Origin: Nanohaloarchaea archaeon B1-Br10_U2g21
GTDB lineage: Archaea > Nanohalarchaeota > Nanosalinia > Nanosalinales > Nanosalinaceae
DNA length: 35,729 nucleotides
Assembly (NCBI GenBank): GCA_001563915.1
Contig: LKMP01000010.1
Location: 1 to 35,729 of the forward strand
Reading direction: 5' to 3'
The notes beneath the pieces are model-generated. The model was not told where the DNA came from. It saw only the letters and a list, made by a program, of their open reading frames with translations, and did no database searches. The position numbers and the translations under genes are program-made. Each line of letters starts with the position of its first letter. Within the stretch, counting starts at the first letter, position 1. Positions 17,798-27,155 of this stretch are shown piece by piece.

Positions 17798-18883
17798 TTA
17801 TTTACTTATTTCTGAAAGATCTGTGCGTGCATCGGGCACAAATTTTACGCCTCGGATTGAATTATTCATGTCGATGTAACTCCGAGGACCTATAAATGAT
17901 TCTCGGATTACGGTTCCGGACTTTAGGTCACATTCTTCGGAGAGCACAACTCGTTCTACGTGTGTAAAAGGATCAACTATACAATCCATGAATAAAAGAG
18001 AACTATCAATCACACATCCATTAATCTCGCACCCGGGGGAGATAGTAGAGTTATTGATAACGGTATTGGCGCCTATTAACGCATTTTTGCTGATTACGGA
18101 ATCATCTTTGATTACTGCTCCGGGCTCTATTATGGCTCCCGACTCTATCCTGACGTTATCTCCTATATACGCCCTATCTGATACGGTGGCGTCACCGCTC
18201 ACGAAGGCATTTAGTTCTTTTTTTCTTAGTATTCGATCTGCTTTAAGCAGTTCTTTTCCTGATCCTATGTCTATCCAATAGTCTTCTGCAAGGACGTATC
18301 GGCACTTGTTTTTCCGCAGGTTTTCCGCCACTACGTCTGTTAAACTGTCTTTCTCTGAGAGATCTATCATTCGGAATATTTCAGGGTTGAAGAGATATAC
18401 TCCAGTATTTACTAAAGGATTCTCGGGTTTTTCAGGTTTTTCGTTTATATCTACGACTTTATCGTTTTTTATGCTTAATACGCCGTATTTTTCAGGCTTC
18501 TGATCGTCAACAGCCATAATGGAGAAATTTTCATCAAAAGAATCAATCAAGCGAGAAATATCGTTTTTTGAAACAACCACATCACCATTAATTACTATAA
18601 AGTCATCTTCAAGAAAACTACATGTCTTTAAAGCCTCAGCTGTGCCTGATAAATCTTCTTGGACTACTACGTTCACATCATTTCGGCCATCAAATAATTC
18701 TTGGAACTTTTCAATTTTGTAGTTCGCTACTACATAGATTTCGTCTACGTCACAGGCCTTCAGTTTTTCTATTGTCTGTAGAATCAAGGGTCTGCCATTT
18801 ACAGGCATTAAAGATGTTGGGATTGTGTCATTTAATGGAAACATCGATTCTTTCTTTGTTGCTGCAGGGATAATGGCTTTCAT
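17798..18883 (-). CDS. Second sugar-phosphate nucleotidyltransferase-like protein with degenerate NTP loop
   Basis: GTAEA, INGD, EKP, NTGVYLF, WIDIG and hexapeptide repeats are present, but the N-terminal loop reads PAATKKESMFPL. Confidence 0.85.
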   Translation of the reverse strand: MKAIIPAATKKESMFPLNDTIPTSLMPVNGRPLILQTIEKLKACDVDEIYVVANYKIEKFQELFDGRNDVNVVVQEDLSGTAEALKTCSFLEDDFIVINGDVVVSKNDISRLIDSFDENFSIMAVDDQKPEKYGVLSIKNDKVVDINEKPEKPENPLVNTGVYLFNPEIFRMIDLSEKDSLTDVVAENLRKNKCRYVLAEDYWIDIGSGKELLKADRILRKKELNAFVSGDATVSDRAYIGDNVRIESGAIIEPGAVIKDDSVISKNALIGANTVINNSTISPGCEINGCVIDSSLLFMDCIVDPFTHVERVVLSEECDLKSGTVIRESFIGPRSYIDMNNSIRGVKFVPDARTDLSEISK

Positions 18884-20139
18884 ACCGTTGTTTCTACCTC
18901 GTCTAGTGTGTCAAGTATCATTCTTTTTACTCTCTTATTTGCTGTTTCGACTTCTTCATAGACATCATAGTCTTCTGTGTGTTCTGAAATATCGAATATA
19001 ACGTTCATAAACCTGTCAAGATCTTCTTCGGATAAGGCATTATTTTCTAGGCCTGCAGCACATCGTACAGAGGACTCAAGAACTCTGTATAGCTGATCAT
19101 GTAAGAGAGAATTAGTTTCAATTTCTTCCCCTGTCTCCAAATCAAATAATTTTTTGTGAAGCATATCGCCTATTAAATCTCTGTCTCCTCGTATTAAGAA
19201 GAATCTAGCTTCTTCATCTGAAACTCCGCTTGCCCCTATAACTCTAAAATCTGTTTTAACAGGATAATGGCCAGTAATTGACTCTATCTTTTCTGCAGAG
19301 TTTCTACACTCCTGGGAGAGGCCTAGCCAGCTGGCATGCAAATATATGTCTATATCAGCATCTATTTTGGCAGAGCAAATTCCTGCAGCAATTTCGTCAT
19401 CTATCTCCGATTTTTTACCTCCTCTTATTCCCATTAAAGACTCGCTTCCAGGCCTATAAGGCATTTGAGCTTGTTTTTCAACATAGTTTACTTCCGGTTT
19501 GCTGTCTATAAAATCCATTATGTATGCTTCATGACACATTTTATCTAATACTGCGCCGCCTTTCACGCCTGCGCGATTTACAGGTCTTAATAGTTTTTCA
19601 ATGCCCATGCTGCTCTCTCGAAACACTTCAATATTCTCTATGTTGCAGTCTTCAAGTACTTCTAAGCATTTTTTTACTACAGGATTTTCTCGCTCTATGA
19701 AGTCTACAGTAAATCTGACGTTGTTGTCCAACATCATTTTTTTCTCTCTTATGTGGTCTTCTCTAGTCATTGAGGGCGGTTTTTCTGCTAAGTGGAAGAA
19801 GTTGTTCTTTAATGATCTGTAGATGTGCTCAGCGTGTAGTTCTGTGGGTCCTGCATCGTAAATTAGAACTTTGGCGTCACTTATTGATTCTGCAGCATTA
19901 TAGATTTCGTCTACAGAAGTGTAGGTTTCTATCTCTATGTTTTGACGATTTGCAAACTTCTCGGCCAACTCTAAACGGTCAAAATCATCGTCACAAACGC
20001 CTACGAGCTCTACACTTACTTTAGAGTAGTTTAAATCCATTTCGATAAACTTCTCGAAACCGTGGCGTCCGAAACTACCGAGACCTATTTGGAAAACCTT
20101 TACTTTTTTCACAGATAATAAATTGTAATCCCTAGTCAA
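18880..20139 (-). CDS. Gfo/Idh/MocA-like NAD(P)-dependent oxidoreductase
   Basis: Rossmann IGLGSFG, PTELH, LAEKP, ERENP and GGAVLDKMCH. Start may be GTG 20112. Confidence 0.8.
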   Translation of the reverse strand: MTRDYNLLSVKKVKVFQIGLGSFGRHGFEKFIEMDLNYSKVSVELVGVCDDDFDRLELAEKFANRQNIEIETYTSVDEIYNAAESISDAKVLIYDAGPTELHAEHIYRSLKNNFFHLAEKPPSMTREDHIREKKMMLDNNVRFTVDFIERENPVVKKCLEVLEDCNIENIEVFRESSMGIEKLLRPVNRAGVKGGAVLDKMCHEAYIMDFIDSKPEVNYVEKQAQMPYRPGSESLMGIRGGKKSEIDDEIAAGICSAKIDADIDIYLHASWLGLSQECRNSAEKIESITGHYPVKTDFRVIGASGVSDEEARFFLIRGDRDLIGDMLHKKLFDLETGEEIETNSLLHDQLYRVLESSVRCAAGLENNALSEEDLDRFMNVIFDISEHTEDYDVYEEVETANKRVKRMILDTLDEVETTV

Positions 20140-20182
20140 AAAACCTGCTATAGTTAAAATTTTTTCTTTACCAATTAAACAT

Positions 20183-20515
20183 ATGACTGGCTCAGAGATA
20201 GTTACATTCAGACCTGGTAAAGATGAACTATACTTTGAAGCATTGAAAGATATGTCTGAAGACGGATACTTTAACGGAAATTTCTCTCAAGGTATAAGAG
20301 AAGCTCTTTCAGCGTACACTAAAGGGTCAGAGTTTCCTAGAGATGATTTTAAACTTTACGCTACGGCACGCGCTCTAGCCTCGGAAAACGAAGATATGAG
20401 GCAAGAACTAGTGGATCAAGCATTTTTCTATAGAGCTGCCGAAGATTTTATGGCGTATAGTGATTTAGAAGCTTTAGAGGAACTTGGTCAGTTATACCAA
20501 GAATGTTGTCAATAG
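20183..20515 (+). CDS. Hypothetical protein with possible N-terminal ribbon-helix-helix domain
   Basis: IVTFR...FEALKDMSEDGYF.GNFSQGIREAL resembles the CopG/RHH pattern. Divergent from the sugar operon. Confidence 0.5.
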   Translation: MTGSEIVTFRPGKDELYFEALKDMSEDGYFNGNFSQGIREALSAYTKGSEFPRDDFKLYATARALASENEDMRQELVDQAFFYRAAEDFMAYSDLEALEELGQLYQECCQ

Positions 20516-20567
20516 CCAACCCTATTTAAAATTTGTTAGAATGATAGTTTCTACGAGGTAACTAAAA

Positions 20568-21086
20568 ATGGGAGATAGGCCTGCAAGCATCTATAGAGAG
20601 AAACCTGGCCAGCCGTATACACGGATGAGTCAGAAGAAGAATGACAACTTCATTAGTGGAGCTCCAGCACCTAGAGTAACACAGTATCAGATGGGAGCTA
20701 AGGATGAAGAGTTCAATGCATCAGTAGTGTTAACTGTAGAAAAAGGATGCGGAGTCAGAAGTGAAGCATTGGAATCTGGCCGTATTGCAGCAAATTCATA
20801 TCTCAATAAAGTACTAGACCCTGAGGAAGAATACTTCCTAGAGATTTTACCTTACCCGCATCACGTACTAAGATACCACCCTTTAGCAGGTATTGCACAG
20901 GCTGACCGATATTATGAAGGAATGAGGAAGCCTTTCGGGCGACCTATTGGCAGAGCAGCATTAGTAGACGATAACCAAGTGATTTACAGAGTTAAAGTCG
21001 ATGAAGAAGACCTTCAAGAAGCCAAAAAAGCTTTAGAACGCTCAAAGCACAAGATGCCTGTAAAATGCAGAGTTAGGGTCGAGTAA
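20568..21086 (+). CDS. rpl10e: 50S ribosomal protein uL16 (L10e)
   Basis: RPASIYR, RSEALESGRIAAN, YPHHVLR, ADR..EGMRKPFGRPIGRAA and KMP. Confidence 0.95.
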   Translation: MGDRPASIYREKPGQPYTRMSQKKNDNFISGAPAPRVTQYQMGAKDEEFNASVVLTVEKGCGVRSEALESGRIAANSYLNKVLDPEEEYFLEILPYPHHVLRYHPLAGIAQADRYYEGMRKPFGRPIGRAALVDDNQVIYRVKVDEEDLQEAKKALERSKHKMPVKCRVRVE

Positions 21087-21121
21087 ACAGATTTTTATTC
21101 TAGGCAATAGAACTTCTAGAT

Positions 21122-22474
21122 ATGGTAGTCTGGAAGGGAAAAATTAAGCCTCAAAACGGAGAAAAGGCCTATAAATTAGATAATACTGATTTCGAAGTAC
21201 CTAATTTTTTCGTAATAACTCCTAAAGAAATAGAACAACTTTTCCAGACTAGAAATCCTGAAAAGATACTGAATAGTTCTCTGGATTTAGAAGAAATACG
21301 AGAGGCTTACAAAGAAGTAGGGATGAGTTCTGAAGTAAGAAGAGCATCTAGTAAGGCTCGTAGTCTTGTAGGAGGACAAAGAGATAATTCAAGAGTCTCT
21401 ATAAGAGTATCTGAATCTTTTATTTCAGATTCAGAGCTTGATATCGGCGCTTCAGGATTGGAGGATGCTTTGAAAAATGTAGTTGCATCTTATTTTGAAG
21501 AAGGAGGCAGAGAGTATCCTAATATAATAGTGCAGAAAATGATTGAGCCAGAATACACTGGGGCAGTCGTTAAAGGGGATAAAGACTATGTTGAAGTAGT
21601 TGAAGGTCTCGGAGTTTCTCTTGAAGAAGGTAAAACAGTTCCGTCAATGTATTTGCTAGAAAACGGTGTTGTTAGGGAAGAGAGAGTGCCTGAAATACAG
21701 TTAAAAATTACTAGAAATCCTATGACTGGAGAATACAGAGAAAGAAGATTGAAAAATCCTGAGAAACCTTTTGAAAATTCTGAAATTGAAAAAATTACTT
21801 CTAAGTCTGAGGAGTCGTTTAAATTTGTGTATAAGCGAGGATCTTTCTATGTGGTAGATGTGTTTGATGCACGTAACAGCTTGGAAACATTGGAGAGAGT
21901 GCAGGTAAGTTCAGGTGAAATTCAGGGTGTTGTTGGCAAAGATATTACGTTGTCTGATGAGACTTTGAGTCCTGAACAGTATGAAAAAGCATTGATATCC
22001 AAAAAAGGAGGATATACCTCTACTGATGCATACAGAGCTCGGAAAAATGGGAAGCCGGCAATATTTAGCGCCCTAAATATGAAGGAGGGTGATACAATAG
22101 GCTCTAGGAGCGAGGATGATGGAGTTAACTCTTCGACCGCGACACCGTTGACAACTATTTCTCAGGCAGAAGCCGCGTTCTCAAGCTCTTCAACATATAT
22201 TGATTCCTATGCAGAAGTTTTCGCGTTTGATGGGGAGGAAGCAGTACTTGATGCAAGAATAATTGAGTTAAAGGGCTTAAAATCTGCTTTAAAGTATCTT
22301 GAGGGGGATGTAACTGTTTTGATGGATAAACCTGATGAAAAAGTTTTGTATGAGGTTGTAAATCAAGGATTTTCGTTGGGTGTGCCTCAGCAGAGTATGG
22401 CTGAGTTCAAGAATGTTCTCGAAGTGGTTGAGAGAAGGTTCATCTTGGAAAACCTCCGATACCTTTCAGGGTAA
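21122..22474 (+). CDS. Degenerate PEP synthase/PPDK-like protein
   Basis: Remnant motifs GEKA..L, VPNFFVIT, VSIRVS, IVQKMI, EGLG and GGYTSTDAYRARKNGKPAI. No phospho-His and a short C-terminus. Confidence 0.75.
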   Translation: MVVWKGKIKPQNGEKAYKLDNTDFEVPNFFVITPKEIEQLFQTRNPEKILNSSLDLEEIREAYKEVGMSSEVRRASSKARSLVGGQRDNSRVSIRVSESFISDSELDIGASGLEDALKNVVASYFEEGGREYPNIIVQKMIEPEYTGAVVKGDKDYVEVVEGLGVSLEEGKTVPSMYLLENGVVREERVPEIQLKITRNPMTGEYRERRLKNPEKPFENSEIEKITSKSEESFKFVYKRGSFYVVDVFDARNSLETLERVQVSSGEIQGVVGKDITLSDETLSPEQYEKALISKKGGYTSTDAYRARKNGKPAIFSALNMKEGDTIGSRSEDDGVNSSTATPLTTISQAEAAFSSSSTYIDSYAEVFAFDGEEAVLDARIIELKGLKSALKYLEGDVTVLMDKPDEKVLYEVVNQGFSLGVPQQSMAEFKNVLEVVERRFILENLRYLSG

Positions 22475-22500
22475 AAAACTTTCTGCCCCAACTTTTGGAT

Positions 22501-23490
22501 ATGACGGACGAAAAACTGAAGTGGAACTATGAAGAGTTCGATGAAGTGCTTGAAGAAATAAAGGATGAAGGATATGAAACGGTTGGATTACAGGGGCCTG
22601 ATGGGATTAAACCGAAGGTAATAGAGTATGCTTCTAAGCTTAAAGAGCATGGTATAGAGCCTGTTATAATTGGTGCATCAACTTTTGGAGCTTGTGGAGT
22701 CGCAGACAAGGAAGCAGAGAGAATGGGTGCTGAGGCATTAATTCATATAGGTCATACTCGGTTTCTGCATCCTGAAGGACAGGAAATGGATGATATGAAT
22801 GTTTATTATCTTCCCTATCGAGAAGAAAGAGACATAATGGCAGTCCTAGAAGAAAATTATGGGGAAATTGGAGAAGATGAAAAGTTAGGTCTTGTAGGAG
22901 TAACTCAGTATATGGATCGTGCAGATAGGGCTCGTGAATTTTTAGAGAATAAAGGCTATGAAGTGGTTGAAGGAACTACTGGTCTGAGAACTACTGAACC
23001 AGGTCAAGTGCTTGGATGTGATGCTGGTGCGGCTCACAATATTTCTCATAAAGTTGATGCGTTTGTATTCCTGGGTAGCGGCCATTTTCATCCATCACAA
23101 GTTTCTGAAGCTGGTAAAAAGGTCTATGTGGTAGATCCTTATCAGGAAACTATCTGGATCGAGCCTCCTAATTCGCTAGGTGATGAGATGCGTGCGGAAT
23201 ATGCTCGTGTACTAAAGTATAAAGATGAAGAAAAGTGGGGTATTGTTACCTCGAGTAAGAAAGGCCAGAATTATATGAGGGCTGTTCAGATATCTAAAGA
23301 AATATTGGAGAGGCATGGGAAAGATGTCTATGTATTTGTAGAGGATAGAATTTTTGAGTCGGATTACAAAGGATTTGGTATTAATATTTATGTTAATTGT
23401 GCGTGTCCTAGAATGACTAAAGATTGGAGGGATATGGCTTTTGTCTCGCCAAAGGCCTTAGAAATGCTTGATGAGGCTGAAGAGAGTTAA
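22501..23490 (+). CDS. dph2: Diphthamide biosynthesis enzyme Dph2
   Basis: LQGPDG, three Fe-S Cys (FGAC, QVLGCD, ACPR), HIGH, GSGHFH and KKGQ. ATG 22501, alternative TTG 22495. Confidence 0.93.
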   Translation: MTDEKLKWNYEEFDEVLEEIKDEGYETVGLQGPDGIKPKVIEYASKLKEHGIEPVIIGASTFGACGVADKEAERMGAEALIHIGHTRFLHPEGQEMDDMNVYYLPYREERDIMAVLEENYGEIGEDEKLGLVGVTQYMDRADRAREFLENKGYEVVEGTTGLRTTEPGQVLGCDAGAAHNISHKVDAFVFLGSGHFHPSQVSEAGKKVYVVDPYQETIWIEPPNSLGDEMRAEYARVLKYKDEEKWGIVTSSKKGQNYMRAVQISKEILERHGKDVYVFVEDRIFESDYKGFGINIYVNCACPRMTKDWRDMAFVSPKALEMLDEAEES

Positions 23491-23948
23491 GAGGATTCGT
23501 TGTATATGGATTTCATTTTCTCTATGTCTTCTGCGTGTTTAGTTTCTTTGAGTCCTGACTTGTCTTCTATGAATACGTCGCGGTCGATGACATGGAGGTC
23601 TAAATTATCGTAGCTGATGGTATCGTAGTGATTTTCTTCGTTTAACATTGCTTCTGCATTAGGGTGGCTTGAGAGTATGTCTAAGTATTGGTCTTCTAGC
23701 TCGGCACGGTAGCCTCCGAGAGATAATTGGCCGTCAAGTACGTCCATAACGGCCATAAAACTTTCTCCGTTAGGTATTACGTCTAAATCATCTGTGGGTC
23801 TTTCTTCTATGGTTGTTCCTTCGTTTTGTGCATGGTACCATAGGGAAGTTTGGCCTAGTAAAACTCCTTCGAAGTGTTTTCCAGCGTCTCCAAGTTTTTC
23901 GTCGAACTTTTGTAGGTAGTGTTCGGCATCTTCCCAAGACTCTATCAT
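23487..23948 (-). CDS. Stand-alone nucleotidyltransferase-fold protein (DUF6036/AbiEii-like)
   Basis: VLLGQTSL...RPTDDLDV and C-terminal K...KHAEDI pattern. Confidence 0.6.
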   Translation of the reverse strand: MIESWEDAEHYLQKFDEKLGDAGKHFEGVLLGQTSLWYHAQNEGTTIEERPTDDLDVIPNGESFMAVMDVLDGQLSLGGYRAELEDQYLDILSSHPNAEAMLNEENHYDTISYDNLDLHVIDRDVFIEDKSGLKETKHAEDIEKMKSIYNESS

Positions 23949-24084
23949 AGTTATTACTTGTTAGTAAGTACACTTAAAGGTTGTGGTCAGCCATCGATAT
24001 CTGAGAGTTTAAAGAAAAAAGAATTTTCTCAGTTTAAATAGGTAATCAATTTAATCAAAGACTCAAAATTACTCTTTATTGATA

Positions 24085-25185
24085 ATGTTTAATTTGAAGA
24101 GACGAAAGGGTCAGTCTGCGATTGAGTATTTGATGACTTATGGTTGGATGCTTCTTGTGGTTGCTGTTGTTGGTGGTGCAGTCTTCTCAATGGTGGGTGA
24201 ACAAAGCATAGAAAGTGTTCAAGGCTTTGACTCAAGCAGCGTTAATGTTCAAGATTTTGGTGTTTCAGTTGAAAATGGTTTGACTTTTTTAATGAGTGAT
24301 CCTGTGGGACAAACTAAAATTGATGAGATAACTGTAAGTAACTCTGATACTGGAAATATTACTTATGCTGTTAATCAGGAAGTTTCTGAACAAAATAATA
24401 TTAATTTGCCTGGAATTAGGCCATCAGGAGATAATAACGAACTGGAAATAAAAATAAGCTATGACTCTGCTAATTTAGAGAATTTAACGACTTCAGGAGT
24501 GGTGACGGGAACTCTAGAAGTAGATGAAAATTTCCACAATCATACAATGATGCTGGATGGCTTAGTAGGATACTGGCCACTAGATGAAGCATACAAATCT
24601 GGAGGCGAGGTATTTGACTTTTCAGGAAACCAGAATCATGGAAAAAAAGAAGAGAATCCTGAATGGGGTGAAGGCGTTCATGGAAGTGCTTTAGAGTTTG
24701 ATGGCACAAATTATGTCGGCATAGATGCTAATACTGGCGATAATTTAGATATTACTGATGACTTAACTTTGACTGCGTGGGTTACTGTTGAAGATACGAC
24801 AAGACAGTACGTAATTAACAGAAATGAGGATGCTGGATTTTCCAATACTCAATATCATATTGGTACAAATAGCGGAGAAATTGAGGTGACTATAGGAGGG
24901 GATGATTATAGCGTAGATTTTCCTGATTCGTGGGAGAGCACGTTTACAGATTATAGATTAATTGCTATGACTTGGGACGGATCTGATATAAGAGTTTATG
25001 GGAATGGAGAGCACTTGGACACTTTCAGAGAATCAAGTATGTTTTCACGACCTAATTTGAGAATAAGCGGAAGAACTGGGAGTAATGACTTCTACTGGAA
25101 CGGTAAAATAGATGAGGTTCGTGTTTATGATCGCGCTTTATCTGAGAATGAGATAAATAGTATTTATGAACAGGGAGACCAATAA
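24085..25185 (+). CDS. Class III signal peptide (pilin-like) protein with C-terminal LamG domain
   Basis: KRRKG/QSAIEYLMTYGWMLLVVAVVGG. LamG motifs GLVGYWPLDE, DFSGNQNHG, ALEFDG, TWDG..IRVYGNG and GKIDEVRVYDRALS. Confidence 0.9.
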   Translation: MFNLKRRKGQSAIEYLMTYGWMLLVVAVVGGAVFSMVGEQSIESVQGFDSSSVNVQDFGVSVENGLTFLMSDPVGQTKIDEITVSNSDTGNITYAVNQEVSEQNNINLPGIRPSGDNNELEIKISYDSANLENLTTSGVVTGTLEVDENFHNHTMMLDGLVGYWPLDEAYKSGGEVFDFSGNQNHGKKEENPEWGEGVHGSALEFDGTNYVGIDANTGDNLDITDDLTLTAWVTVEDTTRQYVINRNEDAGFSNTQYHIGTNSGEIEVTIGGDDYSVDFPDSWESTFTDYRLIAMTWDGSDIRVYGNGEHLDTFRESSMFSRPNLRISGRTGSNDFYWNGKIDEVRVYDRALSENEINSIYEQGDQ

Positions 25186-25243
25186 ACTATTCCTATCGGC
25201 CCTTGTTTAAATTTTGGCTAGCGATTATATCAAGTAATAGTGT

Positions 25244-26425
25244 CTAGTTCCAAAACTCTTTTTGAAGTAACTCCTCACGATCTTCAAATACTCTGCCCTC
25301 TCGAATCCACTCCTTTATCCGTTCCTGACCCTTAGTAAAACCAATCATAACAGCGCCTGATAATTTATCGCCATTAAAGAACAGTCGACGATACTCCGAA
25401 TCAGAATACTTTTTCTCTAATGCTTCGCCACTCCAGTCTCCAATAGCCAGGAACTGCACATCAAAATGTCCTACTCCATAAGTGTTAACGTAGTCGAACA
25501 CTTTTTCACGGCCTAACATGTTTTCGGCAGCACAGACGCCCATAGCCTCACTATGATCCCATGAACCTCTGCAAACACAGCCATCAAATACTGGTGATCG
25601 GTACTCAACCATATTGCCAGCAGCGAAAACATCATCATCTGAAGTCTGCAGATATTCATCAGTTTTAATCATATCAGCCTCATTTTTATCCACATCAATT
25701 AAGCCGGAGTTAGCAGTTTGCCCTATAGCTACGGCAACAGAATCACAATCCAATTCCTCTCCAGAATCTGTTACAACAGTCTCTATCTCGTTATCTCCCA
25801 CAAATTCTGAAGCCTCAGTATTAGTCATCACAACAATACCTTTATCTTCCATCTTCCTATGAACTATCTCAGCTCCTTCCTTTGAAAGGCCTTTACTCCA
25901 CCAATTTTCGCCTCTTATCAGATAATATGTTTCACAATCATTTTCAGCATACGCTATAGCCAAGTCGATTCCTAAAAGGCCTCCTCCGATCACAACAGCT
26001 TTATCTGAATTTTCAGCAGACTCCTTGATTTCCTCAGCATCTTTCAAAGTCCACATATAAAGGAGATTTTCATATTCATCATCCAAAGAGTACTTTCTCG
26101 GCGAACCTCCTGTCGCAATCAGCAATTTATCATAAGTATGTTCTTCCCCACTCTCCAATATAACAGCGTTATCACTAGTATTTACTTCCTTAACCCTAGT
26201 CTCCAAACACAACTCAATACCCCTCTTCCCATACCAAGACTCATCATGCATCCTAGTATATTGAACAGGCAAAGTACCCTTCATGAACGTCTTCAACATA
26301 ATCCGATTATATAACGCATCCTCCTCATCAGTAAAAACAGTGACCGAGGCCTCTGGCACCAATTCACTTAGTTTTTCTGCCGCAGAAGCACCTGCTATAC
26401 CATCACCGATTATTACATACTCCAT
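25244..26425 (-). CDS. FAD/NAD(P)-dependent oxidoreductase (pyridine nucleotide-disulfide / ferredoxin-reductase-like)
   Basis: IIGDGIAG, YDKLLIATGG, VIGGGLLG and TDEYLQTS..DVFAAG. Confidence 0.9.
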   Translation of the reverse strand: MEYVIIGDGIAGASAAEKLSELVPEASVTVFTDEEDALYNRIMLKTFMKGTLPVQYTRMHDESWYGKRGIELCLETRVKEVNTSDNAVILESGEEHTYDKLLIATGGSPRKYSLDDEYENLLYMWTLKDAEEIKESAENSDKAVVIGGGLLGIDLAIAYAENDCETYYLIRGENWWSKGLSKEGAEIVHRKMEDKGIVVMTNTEASEFVGDNEIETVVTDSGEELDCDSVAVAIGQTANSGLIDVDKNEADMIKTDEYLQTSDDDVFAAGNMVEYRSPVFDGCVCRGSWDHSEAMGVCAAENMLGREKVFDYVNTYGVGHFDVQFLAIGDWSGEALEKKYSDSEYRRLFFNGDKLSGAVMIGFTKGQERIKEWIREGRVFEDREELLQKEFWN

Positions 26426-26506
26426 AACTTCACTATAACATAGAGAATTCTTTAATCATAAAAAAGCCTTCACAAGTTTAAATCATACTCCACAAAATAA
26501 GATACA

Positions 26507-26998
26507 ATGGGAGAATACACCAGCATTACTGATGCAGAAATGCTCGTGACCAGAGGATTTGAAGAAATATCAGCTCTAGGATCATTTTACCTCCTAATAA
26601 CTTATTTAGTAACGCTTGAACTCCTTGGAGAAAAAATCACTAACCGCATACTAATAATGGCAGCAGCAATAAACACAGCCATAATATTCTCCATAAAACA
26701 AATATTCGCAACACCAAGACCCGAAGGAGGAGAAGAATTCATAACTGCATCATTTCCCTCAGGACACTCAGCCACAGCATTCATGGCCGCAGGCGTACTA
26801 GGATGGAGATATCCAAAACTCCGATACTGGTTCCTAGCGCTCGCAACCCTAGTAGCAATAAGCAGAGTAGTCATAGGAGCACACTTCTTCATAGACATTC
26901 TCATAGGCTCAGCCATAGGCCTCACAATAGGAACATTGACAGCCTGGAAAATGGAAAAAATGGCAAAAAACGGAGAAATATTCAGAAATCTACAATGA
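26507..26998 (+). CDS. PAP2-family membrane phosphatase
   Basis: KxxxxxxRP (KQIFATPRP), SFPSGH and SRVVIGAHFFID. Confidence 0.92.
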   Translation: MGEYTSITDAEMLVTRGFEEISALGSFYLLITYLVTLELLGEKITNRILIMAAAINTAIIFSIKQIFATPRPEGGEEFITASFPSGHSATAFMAAGVLGWRYPKLRYWFLALATLVAISRVVIGAHFFIDILIGSAIGLTIGTLTAWKMEKMAKNGEIFRNLQ

Positions 26999-27043
26999 TG
27001 AAGTAATGGTTTAAAAAACTGATTAACTACTACCTTTTCTAGA

Positions 27044-27118
27044 GCGGAGCTAGTGTAGTCTGGCCCATCATGATACCCTGTCACGGTATCGACGCGGGTT
27101 CAAATCCCGCGCTCCGCG
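27044..27118 (+). tRNA. tRNA-Asp (anticodon GTC)
   Basis: Acceptor GCGGAGC/GCTCCGC plus G73, anticodon arm ATACC-CT-GTC-AC-GGTAT, T arm GCGGG-TTCAAAT-CCCGC. TTTAAAAA box about 30 nt upstream and T tracts downstream. No intron. Confidence 0.96.
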
Positions 27119-27155
27119 TTTTAACGTTTTTATCTCTGTTTTTGAGGTCTTGTAA

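Noticed and set aside
26602-27084. 160-aa minus-strand ORF
   Set aside because: Antisense to the PAP2 gene and tRNA-Asp.
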